This document shows, one piece after another, positions 49,945 to 62,536 of a stretch of DNA of 64,000 nt. A program made the translations under genes and the position numbers. Numbering within the stretch: the stretch's first letter is position 1; every line of letters starts with the position of its first letter. The stretch is from Octopus sinensis. Lineage: Eukaryota. The stretch is from positions 43,524,001 to 43,588,000 of the forward strand of contig NC_043015.1 of NCBI RefSeq assembly GCF_006345805.1, in the 5' to 3' direction. The notes under the pieces were generated by a model. The model ran no database searches and was not told where the DNA came from. It was given only the letters and a program-made list of their open reading frames with translations.

Positions 49945-50100
49945 TTTACTGCCCACAAGGGGCTACGCACAAAAGAGATAAACAAGGACAGACAAACGGA
50001 TTAAGTCGATTATATCGACCCCAGTGCGTAACTGGTACTTATTTAATCGACCTCGAAAGGATTCCTCGGCGGAATTTTGAACTCAGAACGTAGCGGCGGA
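49945..50100 (-). mobile_element. SINE-A, internally deleted and headless
   Basis: Reverse complement of tail and central domain with deletion after GAAAGGAT. Confidence 0.8.
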
Positions 50101-50147
50101 TACACACGACCCCCCCCTATATATATATATATATATATATATAATAC

Positions 50148-50183
<36 letters not shown>

Positions 50184-51244
50184 GAGAAAGATATATAGAT
50201 AGATAGATATGCACGCACATACACATATGTATGTATATATATATATGTACATATATATATATATACATATCACGAGATCACGTGATCACGTGACCGACCA
50301 GATCATCAGAAAGTGGGATAGAACCCGGAACCGTGAAGTTGGGAACCAAACTTTTTACCACACAACGGCGCCCCTTCCATTAACTATGCCCATAACAGCG
50401 TCGAAGACCTTTTTGTATCCATGGCTTCACAGATTATCATGAATAAAGTGGATACGTCTTTTATGAACTCAATTAAGTGTTTTCATATTGAACATATTTA
50501 CCGTCCCGTAGCCCAGCGTTGCCTGGAACGACCAGAAATTGAACGATATTCAAATTTTCAGATCAGACTATCGTTCACCTAGAAATATCTGCTAACAGCA
50601 AAGAGCGTTCGAGCAGTAACGTGTACTTTTAAATATAAAGGTTTCTTTTGTGTATATGTTATTTTTTTCACCGGAGTAAAACTATCAATGGCAAAATCCA
50701 TTTAAAACTTGTTCAATGCAAATACCGATAAAATACAGTTAGTTACATTACACTAACTGTATTTTAAATTATAAGTTTGTTTTCTGCATTTTAATTTTAT
50801 TCTAGTTTTATTTGGAATGCATTTTAGCAAGATAAATATATTTACCGTAATTGACAGCACAGGAAAAGTGTTTGTGTATAACAGCTCTGCATTATGGTTC
50901 CCATGAATTTTCCTATATTTTTTGAAGTCTAGATATACTAAGGATAGCCTGTCAGCTAAACATTTTAGCAACTATATATTATAAATTTATAAATGTATTA
51001 ATCTATTATTACTGTATGATAAACGTGTGTCTCTATATATGCGTGTGTATATGAGTATGTGTTTGTATATACATATGCATATATATAAATGCATCTACAT
51101 ATATATGTGTATATATATACATAATACATATATATATTACATGTATATATATTATATTATATATATATATATTATAAATATAATATATATGAATGTATAA
51201 ATATATTTATGTACATATAATCATATATGATATGTGTGTTCATA

Positions 51245-51630
<386 letters not shown>

Positions 51631-52469
51631 CAATAGATATTATTTTCGTGTAACATTCGACAACATATTTTTATTTGAAATACATTCAACTATCATTTTC
51701 ATCAATATTCCGTTATATAAATTCCATATTGAGGAACTTTCATTTTTTTCCTATATGGAATTTCAAAGAATACCGTTACTTCGCGAACGTTTCCATTCGG
51801 AATATCTTCATTCATACCTCATGGCGTTCGTGATATGTCTTCTGTTTCAAACCAAACAACATAAAAAAAGAAATATTACCAAAGTACATTTTATGTTCTT
51901 AGAAAAATGTTTTTGAAATTTTGCTGAATCTAAACTGAATTTTATTTGTATTTATTTGTCCTGCTACATGTATTTCGGTTTTGTGAAATGCATAGAATGC
52001 TAAAAGTGATATTGAGAAAATGAGGGCGTTTTTAATTATTGTAATAGAATGCATGAAACGAAGAAACGAAGAACTGAGAATTTGGTAACATTTTATTTTA
52101 CCATTTATTTTTATTCTAAGATTTACGAATACATTTCTTCAGTTAACCAAACAACGAAATTATTCTTGTATATATTTCTGAACTTTAAAAGGAAAATATC
52201 AACTATAACTGTTTACATTTTGAGAATTGCTAAATTCTTCAATAAAGTTATTTCTGAATTTCAACAGTTTCGTTTATTTTTCTTATTCTTGTTCTTGTTG
52301 GTATCGTTGTGTGAGAGCAGCGTATGTCATCAGCGTGACACAGGAGTACAAATACAGGAAGACCAATATACCCATCATGATTACACAGTTTCATTATGCA
52401 CGATTCGTACACCAGAAAAATATGCGCGTGAGATGGTGATTTTATATCAAGATAAACAGCTCATGGCAT

Positions 52470-52740
52470 TCCAGGTGGTCTTTTTTCCTCAATGGCGTGG
52501 GCAGTCTTTATGACAAAATCCTCCATTACCATATAATTCCCATTTTCTATCATAGCCTTTGGTTCGTACTCATACCACTTTTCTGTTATTTTTAAGACAT
52601 TCAATTAACATCCCAATGCACGCTTTTACCTATGCAGTCATGACTGCGCTTATACTCCTTTCTTGCTAGTATACTGCGCTCACTCAAAGGCTGAATGATA
52701 CTCTTGTCTCCTTTCCTGAAGAATCTGTCTGACTCAGTAA
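52470..52740 (-). pseudogene. R4/Dong-like LINE zinc-knuckle/RLE-proximal fragment
   Basis: Minus strand SILARKEYKRSHDCIGKSVHW...EKWYEYEPKAMIENGNYMVMEDFVIKTAHAIEEKRP resembles LA..EYK.RHD / W..H.P..V.EN / W.F.I.TD..I..RPD. Confidence 0.65.
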
Positions 52741-53185
52741 ATTTCTTCTTACCTACTCGAACCTCATGCAGTATTCCGCTATCCAGATATAGAAGATCAG
52801 CAGATACTTTTGATTTCCTCCTACATCATGTTTGCCCTTTTCTAGAAAATTATACACGACATCTGGTATGAGGCCACTTAACAGTGGTGGTGCTGGTGGT
52901 GGTGTTATCAAAGTTTGATTAATTAGTTACTTTAGCGCATAATGAATTAATAAATGCACACATGAATTTAATGAATTCTGTGTATAATTCTAATTTCGTT
53001 TTAGATTTTCATGACATAGAATTGTTCTTGTCATAATAGTAAGAGCATCAGCGTCGGTTGAAATGTAAAGTTTGTTAAAATCTCACACTGAATTGTAGGT
53101 TGTGTAACACTAAATACTGTAACTGATGTTTTTAAAAAATGAGACTGTCACGACTGGAATATCGTTGAAGGTAAGTTAACCCTAT

Positions 53186-53595
53186 ACTCTTTTACTTGTT
53201 TCAGTCATTTGACTGCGACCATGCTGGAGCACCGCCTTTAATCAAGCAACTCGACCCTGGAACTTATTCTTTTGTAAGCCCAGTACTTATTCTATCGGTT
53301 TCTTTTGCCGAACTACTAAGTAACGGGGACATAAACACACCAGTATCGGTTGTCAAGCAATGCTAGGGGGACAAACACAGACACGCAAATACACACACAC
53401 ACACACATATATATACATATATACATATATACGACAGGCGTCTTTCAGTTTCCGTCTACCAAATCCACTCACAAGGCTTTGGTCGACCCGAGGCTATAGT
53501 AGAAGACACTTGCCCAAGGTGCCACGCAGTGGGACTGAACCTGGAACCATGTGGTTGGTAAACAAGCTACTTACCACACAGCCACTCCAGCGCCT
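53186..53595 (-). mobile_element. Full-length OR2-like SINE
   Basis: Low-divergence tail-to-head match. Confidence 0.92.
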
Positions 53596-53740
53596 ATCGC
53601 GTGGTTCGTTATAAAAGTACCTCAGTTACGCAAATTCATTTACCGAAATTACGTTAGGTAGATTTGTCCTATAATTTTGCTATGAAAAATTCGCTTTTGG
53701 ATTTGGTTTACAAGATTCTTTATATGAGTTCGTGTGTTGA

Positions 53741-54072
53741 AGCATATTTTATTGTGTCTAGGGAAAGCCATTTTGTTTTTGGGCCTTATGATTTAACACA
53801 CTCAGCGTTTAAATTTCCACTTAATTTCTCATTTTTATTTCCCTTAAATTGTCGTTGCATTTTGCAACCTTCTCAATAGTGTTGACTCTCCATTATTTAC
53901 AGGAACGCAGTATAAATAACGGACAGAGTCAAGAATATTGAAAAGGTTGCAAGACGCAACGAAAATTTTAGGAAAATAAAAATGAGAAATAAGTGGAAAT
54001 TTTACCGGTGAGTGTGTTAAATCATAAGGCACAAAAAGAGAATGACTCTCTCCAGACACAACAAAATTTGCT
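53741..54072. repeat. Imperfect fold-back (old MITE-like) with ~11-nt central loop
   Basis: Arms align, e.g. GCCTTATGATTTAACACACTCA / TGAGTGTGTTAAATCATAAGGC; the overlapping ORFs 53664-53879(+) and 53844-54131(-) share PYDLTHS..KFPL. Confidence 0.85.
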
Positions 54073-54583
54073 ATGTATGTACTTGTTTCAAATAATGAGC
54101 AATGCAAATTTATTCGAAAATCTATTTGCAAGACTTTGGTTGAACCGTAAGGTTGATAACTGACGTATCAGCTGAACTCTGTTGTCGATATAATCGACTT
54201 GAACGTCACGAAAATTTAGCAATTATTATCATAGGAGGTGGCGGAAACGTTAACGGGTCGGACAAAAATGCTTAGCAGCGTTTTATTTCAGCTCTTTATG
54301 TTCTGAGTACAAATCCTGCCGAAGTCGACGACAGACACTGCGTTTTAGCCTTTGGGATGGATAGATCAACTAAAACTAATCCTCTATTCCAATCAAATTG
54401 CCTGATCTTGTAGTACAGTCTGAAACAATAAGAAAGCGACGACATCGCAAGTGTCTTTAGCGCGTTGAACAAAACGCTGAGCTCTATTACTCCTGACTTT
54501 TTGCATCAGTGGTTAAAATGCAGTCGATGTCAACTTGCCTTTTTCTCCGTCCGAAGTCGATAATCTAGCATTGTACTTAATGT

Positions 54584-54957
54584 GGAGGCGCAATGGCCCA
54601 GTGGTTAGGGCAGCGGACTCGCGGTCATGGGATCGCGGTTTCGATTCCCAGACCGGGCGTTGTGAGTGTTTATTGAGCGAAAACACCTGAAGCTCCACGA
54701 GGCTCCGGCAGGGGATGGTGGTGATCCCTGCTGTACTCTTTCACCCAACTTTCTCTCACTCTTACTTCCTGTTCTGTTGTACCTGTATTTCAAAGGCCGG
54801 CCTTGTCACTCTCTGTGTCACGCTGAATATCCCCGAGAACTACGTTAAGGTACACGTGTCTGTGGAGTGCTCGCCACTTATACGTTATTTCACGAACAGG
54901 CTGTTCCGTTGATCGGATCAACCGGAACCCTCATCGTCGTTACCGACGGAGTGCTTC
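54584..54957 (+). mobile_element. SINE-B full length
   Basis: 15-bp TSD CATTGTACTTAATGT (54569-54583, 54958-54972). Confidence 0.93.
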
Positions 54958-55441
54958 CATTGTACTTAATGTAGTCGACTAATTAACACGCCCTAAAATT
55001 GCTGAAATTGTGCATATGCAGAGAGGAATTAACTACTATTCATTAAATTAACTTGATTAAATTAAATATCTCTCTAAATATCATACTTAAAATATTTATA
55101 ATGTAGACAGACCAGTTACTGCAATATTTGTTCTGTGATGAAATTTCTTATGGACGTGCTTTGTTAAAACTATAAATATCGAAGAAGACGAAAATTCGTC
55201 TCAGCAGCCGACAGCACGAACGCTTGGTGCCTTTCTGTCGTTTTGGATCTTTTCAATGGTGCTCTCGCAACGGTCACAGCCTCGTACGAAGTTGTTGTTC
55301 TTGTTATGTTTTTGCAACAAATTTAAGGAAGTACACGGGTAGAATCATTGCAGTATTGGGCAAAATAGGTTGAAATATCCTGGTCATATCCTGGTTATAA
55401 CCTGTTGCAGTTAACTTTGCCTTTTACTTTTCCTGTAGCAC

Positions 55442-55704
55442 TAAAAAAATTATAAATGCGCCCTTTTAAAGCCTAGCCAGGCGCATGGGCCCGGTTTCCT
55501 GGTTTCTATGGCGTATATGTTCCCCAGCTGGACGGGACGCCAGTCCATCGCAGCGTTACAAATTTTTGCCGGCTGAATGGACTGGAGCAACGTGAAATGA
55601 AGTGTTTTGATCAAGAACACAACGCGTCGCCCGGTCCAGGAATCGAAACCACAATCTTATGATCATGATGCTGACACCCTAACCACGAGGCCACGCGCCT
55701 CTGC
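55442..55704 (-). mobile_element. SINE-C full length
   Basis: 11-bp TSD TCCTGTAGCAC (55431-55441, 55705-55715). Confidence 0.9.
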
Positions 55705-56070
55705 TCCTGTAGCACGAAATTAATAGTGAAGTACAAGGGATGAATTAATGGATCTATCCTTCTTCATAAAGCTGTGGGCTTATTAGAAATAATTATTTTC
55801 TCGCAATAAATAGCAAAACGTCGCTAGTAAGCTCCACCTTATCGGATCCTTGATACGTATTTGATTTGCAATGTAAGCTATTTCCTAAAATCCTGACAAG
55901 CATAAATTCTGAACGTATTTAATATTCCGAATTCAAATATTTTTCACCAGACAGGTATGAGTTGCTCTGAACGCAACAGAGGAAACCTATTCAGTGTTAT
56001 GAGAAGAATTTATCAATATGACTTGTGGTGCTGCTTGAGGAATTTGCTTTCTGATTAGATCATATTAAAT

Positions 56071-56450
56071 CATGGAACGGAAGCACTCCGTCGGTTACGA
56101 CGACGAGGGTTCCGGTTGATCCGATCAACGGAACAGCCTGCTCGTGAAATTAACGTGTAAGTGGCTGAGTACTCCACAGACGCGTGTACCCTTAACGTAG
56201 TTCTCGGGGATATTCAGCGTGACACAAGAGAGTGACAAGGCCGGCCCTTTGAAAAACAAGTACAACAGAAACAGGAAGTAAGAGTGAGAGAAAGTTGTGG
56301 TGAAAGAGTACAGCAGGGATCACCACCATCCCTGCCGGAGTCTCGTAGGTGTTTTCGCTCAATAAACACTCACAACGTCCGGTCTGGGAATCGAAACCGC
56401 GATCCTACGACCGCGAGTCCGCTGCCCTAACCACTGGGCCATTGCGCCTC
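56071..56450 (-). mobile_element. SINE-B full length
   Basis: 10-bp TSD CATATTAAAT (56061-56070, 56451-56460). Confidence 0.92.
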
Positions 56451-56813
56451 CATATTAAATTATATTAAGGCGGCGAGCAACTAGAATCGTTAACACGTCA
56501 GACAAAGCGCTTAGCGGCATTTAGTCCTTCTTTATGTTCTGAGTTCAAATATGGCCGAAGTCGACGTAGGCTCCGATTGATTTTGATGGAATATACAATG
56601 TCAAATTTGCCAGTTATCCTTCCGGTGTTAATAAAGTACTACAAGGTATTTTCTAGCCGTACAGGTAAACGAAGGTTGAAGAAAATCAGTTCTTCCAAGT
56701 ATATATATATATAATCTATATATATATATATATAGATATACATAACACACATACGCACACACAGTCACACGCACTCACACATACCATATATACATACATA
56801 TATATATATAATA

Positions 56814-56854
<41 letters not shown>

Positions 56855-57002
56855 TATATATATATAATATATATATATGTATATGTGTGTATATATATAT
56901 ATATGAATTTTTGCGTTAAAATTAAAAAACCATGTACGGCGATTTGACGTCTATTTCTAGCGTATAGGATTCCACTTTAGTAGCCATTCCTCTTATTAAT
57001 TG

Positions 57003-57064
<62 letters not shown>

Positions 57065-57269
57065 CATATATATATACACACCTGCATATATATGTCTATA
57101 CGCGTGTATTTGTATGGGCAAACGTACATATCTGCATTTATGTACGTTTTGGTATATTTTACTGACCAAGGCAAACAAATTTTTATATTACTAAACCAGA
57201 AATCATTCCATCTAGAATTAACCTTAAAAAAGATTTTCCCTAATGTTTTGAATTTGTCTGACAAGAAGC

Positions 57270-57560
57270 TTGCATGTCGACCACCTGGTTCTGGCTCCAG
57301 TCCCACTGCATGGAACCTTGGGCAAATATCCTCTACTATAATCTCAGGTCGCCCAAAGCCTTGTGAATGGATTTGGTAGACGGAAACTGAAAGAAGCCGT
57401 GTATGTATTTGTGTCTGTACTTGTCTTCCACCATCGCTTCACAACCGATGTCTTTGTGTTTATAGCCCCATAACTTAGCGGTTCCGCAATAGTTTCCGAT
57501 AGAATGAGTCCTAGGCATATAAAGAATAAGCATAGCCTCATTCAAATGACTGAAACAAGT
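57270..57560 (+). mobile_element. Degenerate OR2-like SINE
   Basis: GAACCTTGGGCAAAT...GGATTTGGTAGACGGAAACTGAAAGAAGCC...ATGACTGAAACAAGTAAAA. Confidence 0.8.
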
Positions 57561-57704
57561 AAAAAAATAGCAAAAAATTTACCTCGCCTTCAACCTGTGC
57601 CAACGAAATGAAGAATATATGGTTTTAGACTCATTCGACGTCCATTTCTAGCATGTATGTGTTGTTTCTCAGTTCTCTTCACTATAATTATTATCCATAC
57701 AATT

Positions 57705-57738
<34 letters not shown>

Positions 57739-58187
57739 ATATATATATATCCGCTCTGTAATAAAAAACACCACATTGCTTTCATTGAAACTGTCTTATA
57801 TTTCAAATTGATTAAATTTCTATATAGTAATTGAAAATTGATATGACACCCTACAAGAACACGTGCACATATCGGATGCTTAATACAGCCTAATTCATTC
57901 TAATATAACACCTTTCTGCTTCAACCGGCATTTATCAATAGAAGTGATCGCAATGTGCATGTCTTAAATATGTAATTTTTATATTAATTTTAATTGTAAA
58001 CTTCGAAATATAATTTTCATATTTTCTATAATGCTATAATTTGTATCGTTAATCTAACCACAATTAATCACTCTATGGTTCTTTCTCTCTTCCTCTCTTA
58101 TTTCACACACACGCTCATATACATATATGAACATTACATACATACATTCATATATAGATGTTTATGTGTGTGAGTATGTATGGCTGC

Positions 58188-58220
<33 letters not shown>

Positions 58221-58304
58221 CACATTAAGTATGTTTATGTATGTATGTATACATGTGTGGACTTGTATATATGTATGTTATGTATAATGTATATATATAT
58301 ATAT

Positions 58305-58350
<46 letters not shown>

Positions 58351-58955
58351 GTTTGTGTTTGCATGTTTGTGTACATGTGTGTGTGTGTGTGATGTTATAT
58401 GCGTTTATGTGAATGTTTGTGTGGTTTTATGTCAGCGTATGATGCGAGTACCCTTATATATTTATAATTCTTAAAATTATTTTGGAAACCTTATTCGCTG
58501 CTCTCGTATTTAAAATCACACATCACAAATACAAACACAAACCCATGCACAACGAAACCCACACGCACGCAAACATTCATTATATATAGTACGTAGGTTT
58601 GTATTATTTTGTTAAGGACGTTTGTGGATTCGTTATTGATTGGTCAGAAGCCAGATGGTAACATTTGCGAAGAAAAGTAAAACATGAATGAAATTAATCT
58701 TTGATAATTTTTGTAAAGTAATTTATTATTTATAGGCGCAGGCATTGATGTCTAGCCACAAAAGATCTACGTACAATCATGTGGTATCCGGTTTCGTATT
58801 CAGTGCAACTGCGCAATGCGTTTGCAAAGTATCTTTTACTAAAACTCCGGGTCCATCAATTCCGTACGAATGAAGTTCGTAAACAGAAACTTTTGAAGAC
58901 CCTTAAGTCTGTCTCTGCGCATGTATGCATATATTTTCTTCCCTTTTTGTATTTG

Positions 58956-58986
<31 letters not shown>

Positions 58987-59019
58987 TTAATATTTGATAT
59001 TTAACATTCAAAATGTTAC

Positions 59020-59230
59020 CGTGTATGTACCGTTGGCGATTTTTTTCCCTCTGTCTTCGCTTCTCTGGATCTTTCCTTCTCCTATGTTTCCGACGAAGAG
59101 CTCCGCTCGAAACGTTAAACTCTTCTTACCTTCCTTCTTGAGCGTCCAATAATACTATATTTGTTCCACGTCCTCGCGTTGTTGTGTCTTCTCTTTGTGT
59201 TTTCATGTTTGGATTAACTTTATTTATATA
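59020..59230 (+). mobile_element. Short Penelope-like-derived element between (TA)n tracts
   Basis: Homologous to 62230-62435 in inverted orientation; carries a hammerhead-like fold. Confidence 0.6.
59086..59120 (+). ncRNA. Minimal hammerhead-like motif, variant core CCGACGA
   Basis: GTTT-CCGACGA-A-GAGC-TCC-GCTC-GAAAC-GTT-AAAC. Confidence 0.55.
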
Positions 59231-60531
59231 TATATAGCGACGTACGTACACTATCGTCTCTTATATATATATATATATATATATATAGATAGATAGATAT
59301 AGATATAGATATATAGGACTATTTGGAATTTAGGTATATGACTATTAGATTTAAAATTGAAGCGGATAAATGTAATTCTAACATCCATTATATTTTCAAA
59401 TTTTGGCGCAAGGCCTGTAATTTCGGGGGATGGCATAAGTCGATTATACTGACCCCTGTAATCATGTGGTACTTAAGTTATCGGCCCTGAAAGGATAAAA
59501 GACAAAGCCGGTCATTGAACTTAGACATAAGACTGACGAAATACAACGAAGTATTTCGTCCGGCATGCTAACGATTCTGCCAGCTCGCCACATTTTTAAT
59601 ATCCCCGATATAAAATCGTTTATAAGATATATATAAAGTATCTAAGTTCTTGTTTATATTAATTTGAGTTTATCATTTTATCGATTCAGATAGACTAATA
59701 AACATCTGTTGGTCTATGTTGGCTGTAAATTTGAAATTGTATGTTGAGTGATGACAATATATATCTTTCGAAGATGATCCGTAGATATTTTTTTCTCCTT
59801 TATTTTGTAACCAAATTTGTACCAACAATCTAGCTTATTTCCACCTTACAGGATTATTACAATTGTATTGCGACCTGAAGATCAATACGGAGTCGTATGT
59901 ACTTTAATTTTCATGCTAGTTCGTTTTTTAACTTACATAAATATTCTCCTTTTTTTATCTTTCACGTTCTTTATGTTTGTCTTTATCGATTCGTAGTGCA
60001 GTCTTCTATATATTCGCGTAAATGTCTCTGCTTTACAACACAATATCTACACGAGCAGGAAATTAACCGAAAATATTCTCTCAATATTGAGAATTATCTA
60101 TCCCCGATATTCGTACTTTGAAAAAAATTCTCAGCAAATTCACAATTGAAGTGTTTTCTTTCCACTTTTCCAGATGATTCTTTAATTTAACAAACCGTGT
60201 TTAATATAATGTCGCTAGAAATTTAATACCTGGCCTTCTCTTTACACAGGAAGTATATTTTTTCCCTGGATTTAAAAATTGCTATTGAGCTGTTGCCATG
60301 TTTATTTTGTAAAGATCAATTCATCATTTAATTGTATGGTTTACGATAAAGAAAGCAAAGGAGCAGTGAAGGTTGAAAGTTGTACGTCAGAATTGTCATT
60401 GCCATATACGTTAACTCTCTTAAATCATTAGTGCTTTGCCTGTCCACATTTGAATATCATAAACTTGCATTGATTTCCCGCAGCGTATATAAGACCATGC
60501 AATATTAGTTTGTTCATATACTGAAACCATT

Positions 60532-60765
60532 TGAAGGCGGCGAGCTGGCAGAAACGTCAGCACGCCGGGCGAAATGCGTAGCCGTATTTCGTCTGTCGCT
60601 ATGTTCTGAGTTCAAATTCCGCCGAGGTCGACTTTGCCTTTCATCCTTTCGGGGTCGATAAATTAAGTACCAGTTACGCAGTGGGGTCGATGTAATCGAC
60701 TTAATCCGTTTGTCTGTCCTTGTTTGTCCCCTCTGTGTTTAGCCCCTTGTGGGTAGTAAAGAAAT
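60532..60765 (+). mobile_element. SINE-A full length
   Basis: 16-bp TSD ATATACTGAAACCATT (60516-60531, 60766-60781). Confidence 0.93.
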
Positions 60766-61009
60766 ATATACTGAAACCATTCACTGACAGATTCAGTGTA
60801 GTAAAGCCAAATGTTCCCAAAACATTTGTTAACGATGGCAGGGTACACTCTTCTTGATACAAAAAGTTCCCAAATTATTTTGTAAGAACATGGGACAACA
60901 GTTTAACGAGAAAAGAAAGATACTTTCTAATCTGGGGTTCTAAGGAGGGCAGCAGGAACAGGAGTCATACATTTTACTGTACTCACAAGATATACTATAC
61001 ATGTGTATA

Positions 61010-61160
61010 GGTCGAGGTCGACTTTGCCTTTCATCCTTTCGGGGTCGATAAATTAAGTACCAGTTACGCACTGGGATCGATTTAATCGACTTAATCCGTT
61101 AGTCTGTCCTTGTTTGTCCCCTCTGTGTTTAGCCCCTTGAGGGAAATAAAGAAATATATA
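61010..61160 (+). mobile_element. 5'-truncated SINE-A
   Basis: Starts at GAGGTCGACTTTGCC; 10-bp flanking repeat ATACATGTGT (60997-61006, 61163-61172). Confidence 0.85.
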
Positions 61161-61269
61161 ATATACATGTGTGTATGTGTGTGTATGCGTGTTTGTGGGT
61201 GCTTTAATTATTTAACTAATTAATTAATTTGTATGCATTGGATCTCTCCATTTTCAAACTTTCTGTGAG

Positions 61270-61565
61270 AAAAACGCCACTTTGATGCAATTCGCTCTGC
61301 CAGAAATTTGGAAATGACATGCTGTGCAGATTAGCGTTCGCGCCAGAAGATTCCAATACGAAGATTTCATAGTGTCTCGGTATCAATCTGTGGAGAGCGC
61401 AGAGGATTCGGAAAGAGTCAGGTGAATGTAATGGGATTATGAAGGTACAGCAGCTTGGAAAACTCATTTTCATCGTTCTGATTAGAAAAGAACTCCTGAA
61501 TTTGTTGGTGAGATCCAGGCCATGATTAACAACGATCCCACCAGGTGAAACAGGACCATCGCCGT
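61270..61565 (+). pseudogene. DD37D-like transposase N-terminal relic
   Basis: MQFALPEIWK*HAV...RTPEFVGEIQAMINNDPT is homologous to the N-terminus of 16527-17557. Confidence 0.7.
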
Positions 61566-61649
61566 GGTTGAAGCCAATGACGATTTTATTGAATAAATTT
61601 ACTTTTTAGTATTTCCAGATATGTTTATAAAATTTTATTAAATATACGA

Positions 61650-61819
61650 TGCATGGCTGTGTGGTAAGAAGCCTGCTTCCCAACCACATGGTCCTGGGTT
61701 CAGTCACACTGCGTGGCTACTTGCGCGAGTGTTTTCTGCTAGTCACAGACCGACCAAACCCTTGTGAGTAGATTTGTTAGACGAAAAATGAAGCCCGTCG
61801 TATATATATATATATATAG

Positions 61820-61854
<35 letters not shown>

Positions 61855-61902
61855 GATGGATGGATGTATGTATGTGTTGTATGTACGTATGTATGTATAT
61901 AT

Positions 61903-61976
<74 letters not shown>

Positions 61977-62140
61977 ATCGATGTTTTTGTGTTTACGTCA
62001 ACCTAACGTAGCGGTTCGGCCAAACATACCGATATAATACGTACTAGACTTAGAAAGAATAAGTCCAGAGGTTACTTCGTTCAACTAAAGGTGGTACTCC
62101 AGCATGACCGCAATCAATTGACTGAAACAAGTATAAGAAT
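61650..62140 (+). mobile_element. Degenerate OR2-like SINE with expanded internal microsatellite
   Basis: Head GCATGGCTGTGTGGTAAGAAGCC, tail GACTGAAACAAGTATAAGA. Confidence 0.8.
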
Positions 62141-62229
62141 ATCTGCTAAAATGAGATGTCAATGTTATGCTCTTTTGCGTATTTTAGACTATTCACATGC
62201 ATATTATATATTATATATATAATATATAT

Positions 62230-62435
62230 TAATAATATATATATAAAGTTTCCAAACAAGAAAACACAGAAAAAAAGAAAAAAAAACCACAGCAACGCAG
62301 GACGTGGAACAATTAAAGTATTATTGACGCTCAGGAAAGAAGGGAAGGAGGTTTTAACGTTTCAAGCGGAGCTCTTCGTCGGAAACAAGGAGAAGGAAAG
62401 ATCCCAAGGAGGGAAGACAGAGGAGAAAATATTTG
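62230..62435 (-). mobile_element. Short Penelope-like-derived element, inverted relative of 59020-59230
   Basis: GCAGGACGTGGAACAA...ATTATTGACGCTCAGGAA...GCTCTTCGTCGGAAAC matches the reverse complement. Confidence 0.6.
62351..62386 (-). ncRNA. Minimal hammerhead-like motif, core CCGACGA (stem II with G-U)
   Basis: Minus strand: GTTT-CCGACGA-A-GAGC-TCC-GCTT-GAAAC-GTT-AAAAC. Confidence 0.45.
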
Positions 62436-62487
62436 AGCTGGTGGTGCTTAAGAGATCACATGTTGATCACATATATATATATATATA

Positions 62488-62536
<49 letters not shown>

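Noticed and set aside
52049-52513. 154-aa plus-strand ORF as a gene
   Set aside because: N-terminal half is AT-rich low complexity; the rest has at most a faint CR1-like resemblance and overlaps an antisense R4-like relic.
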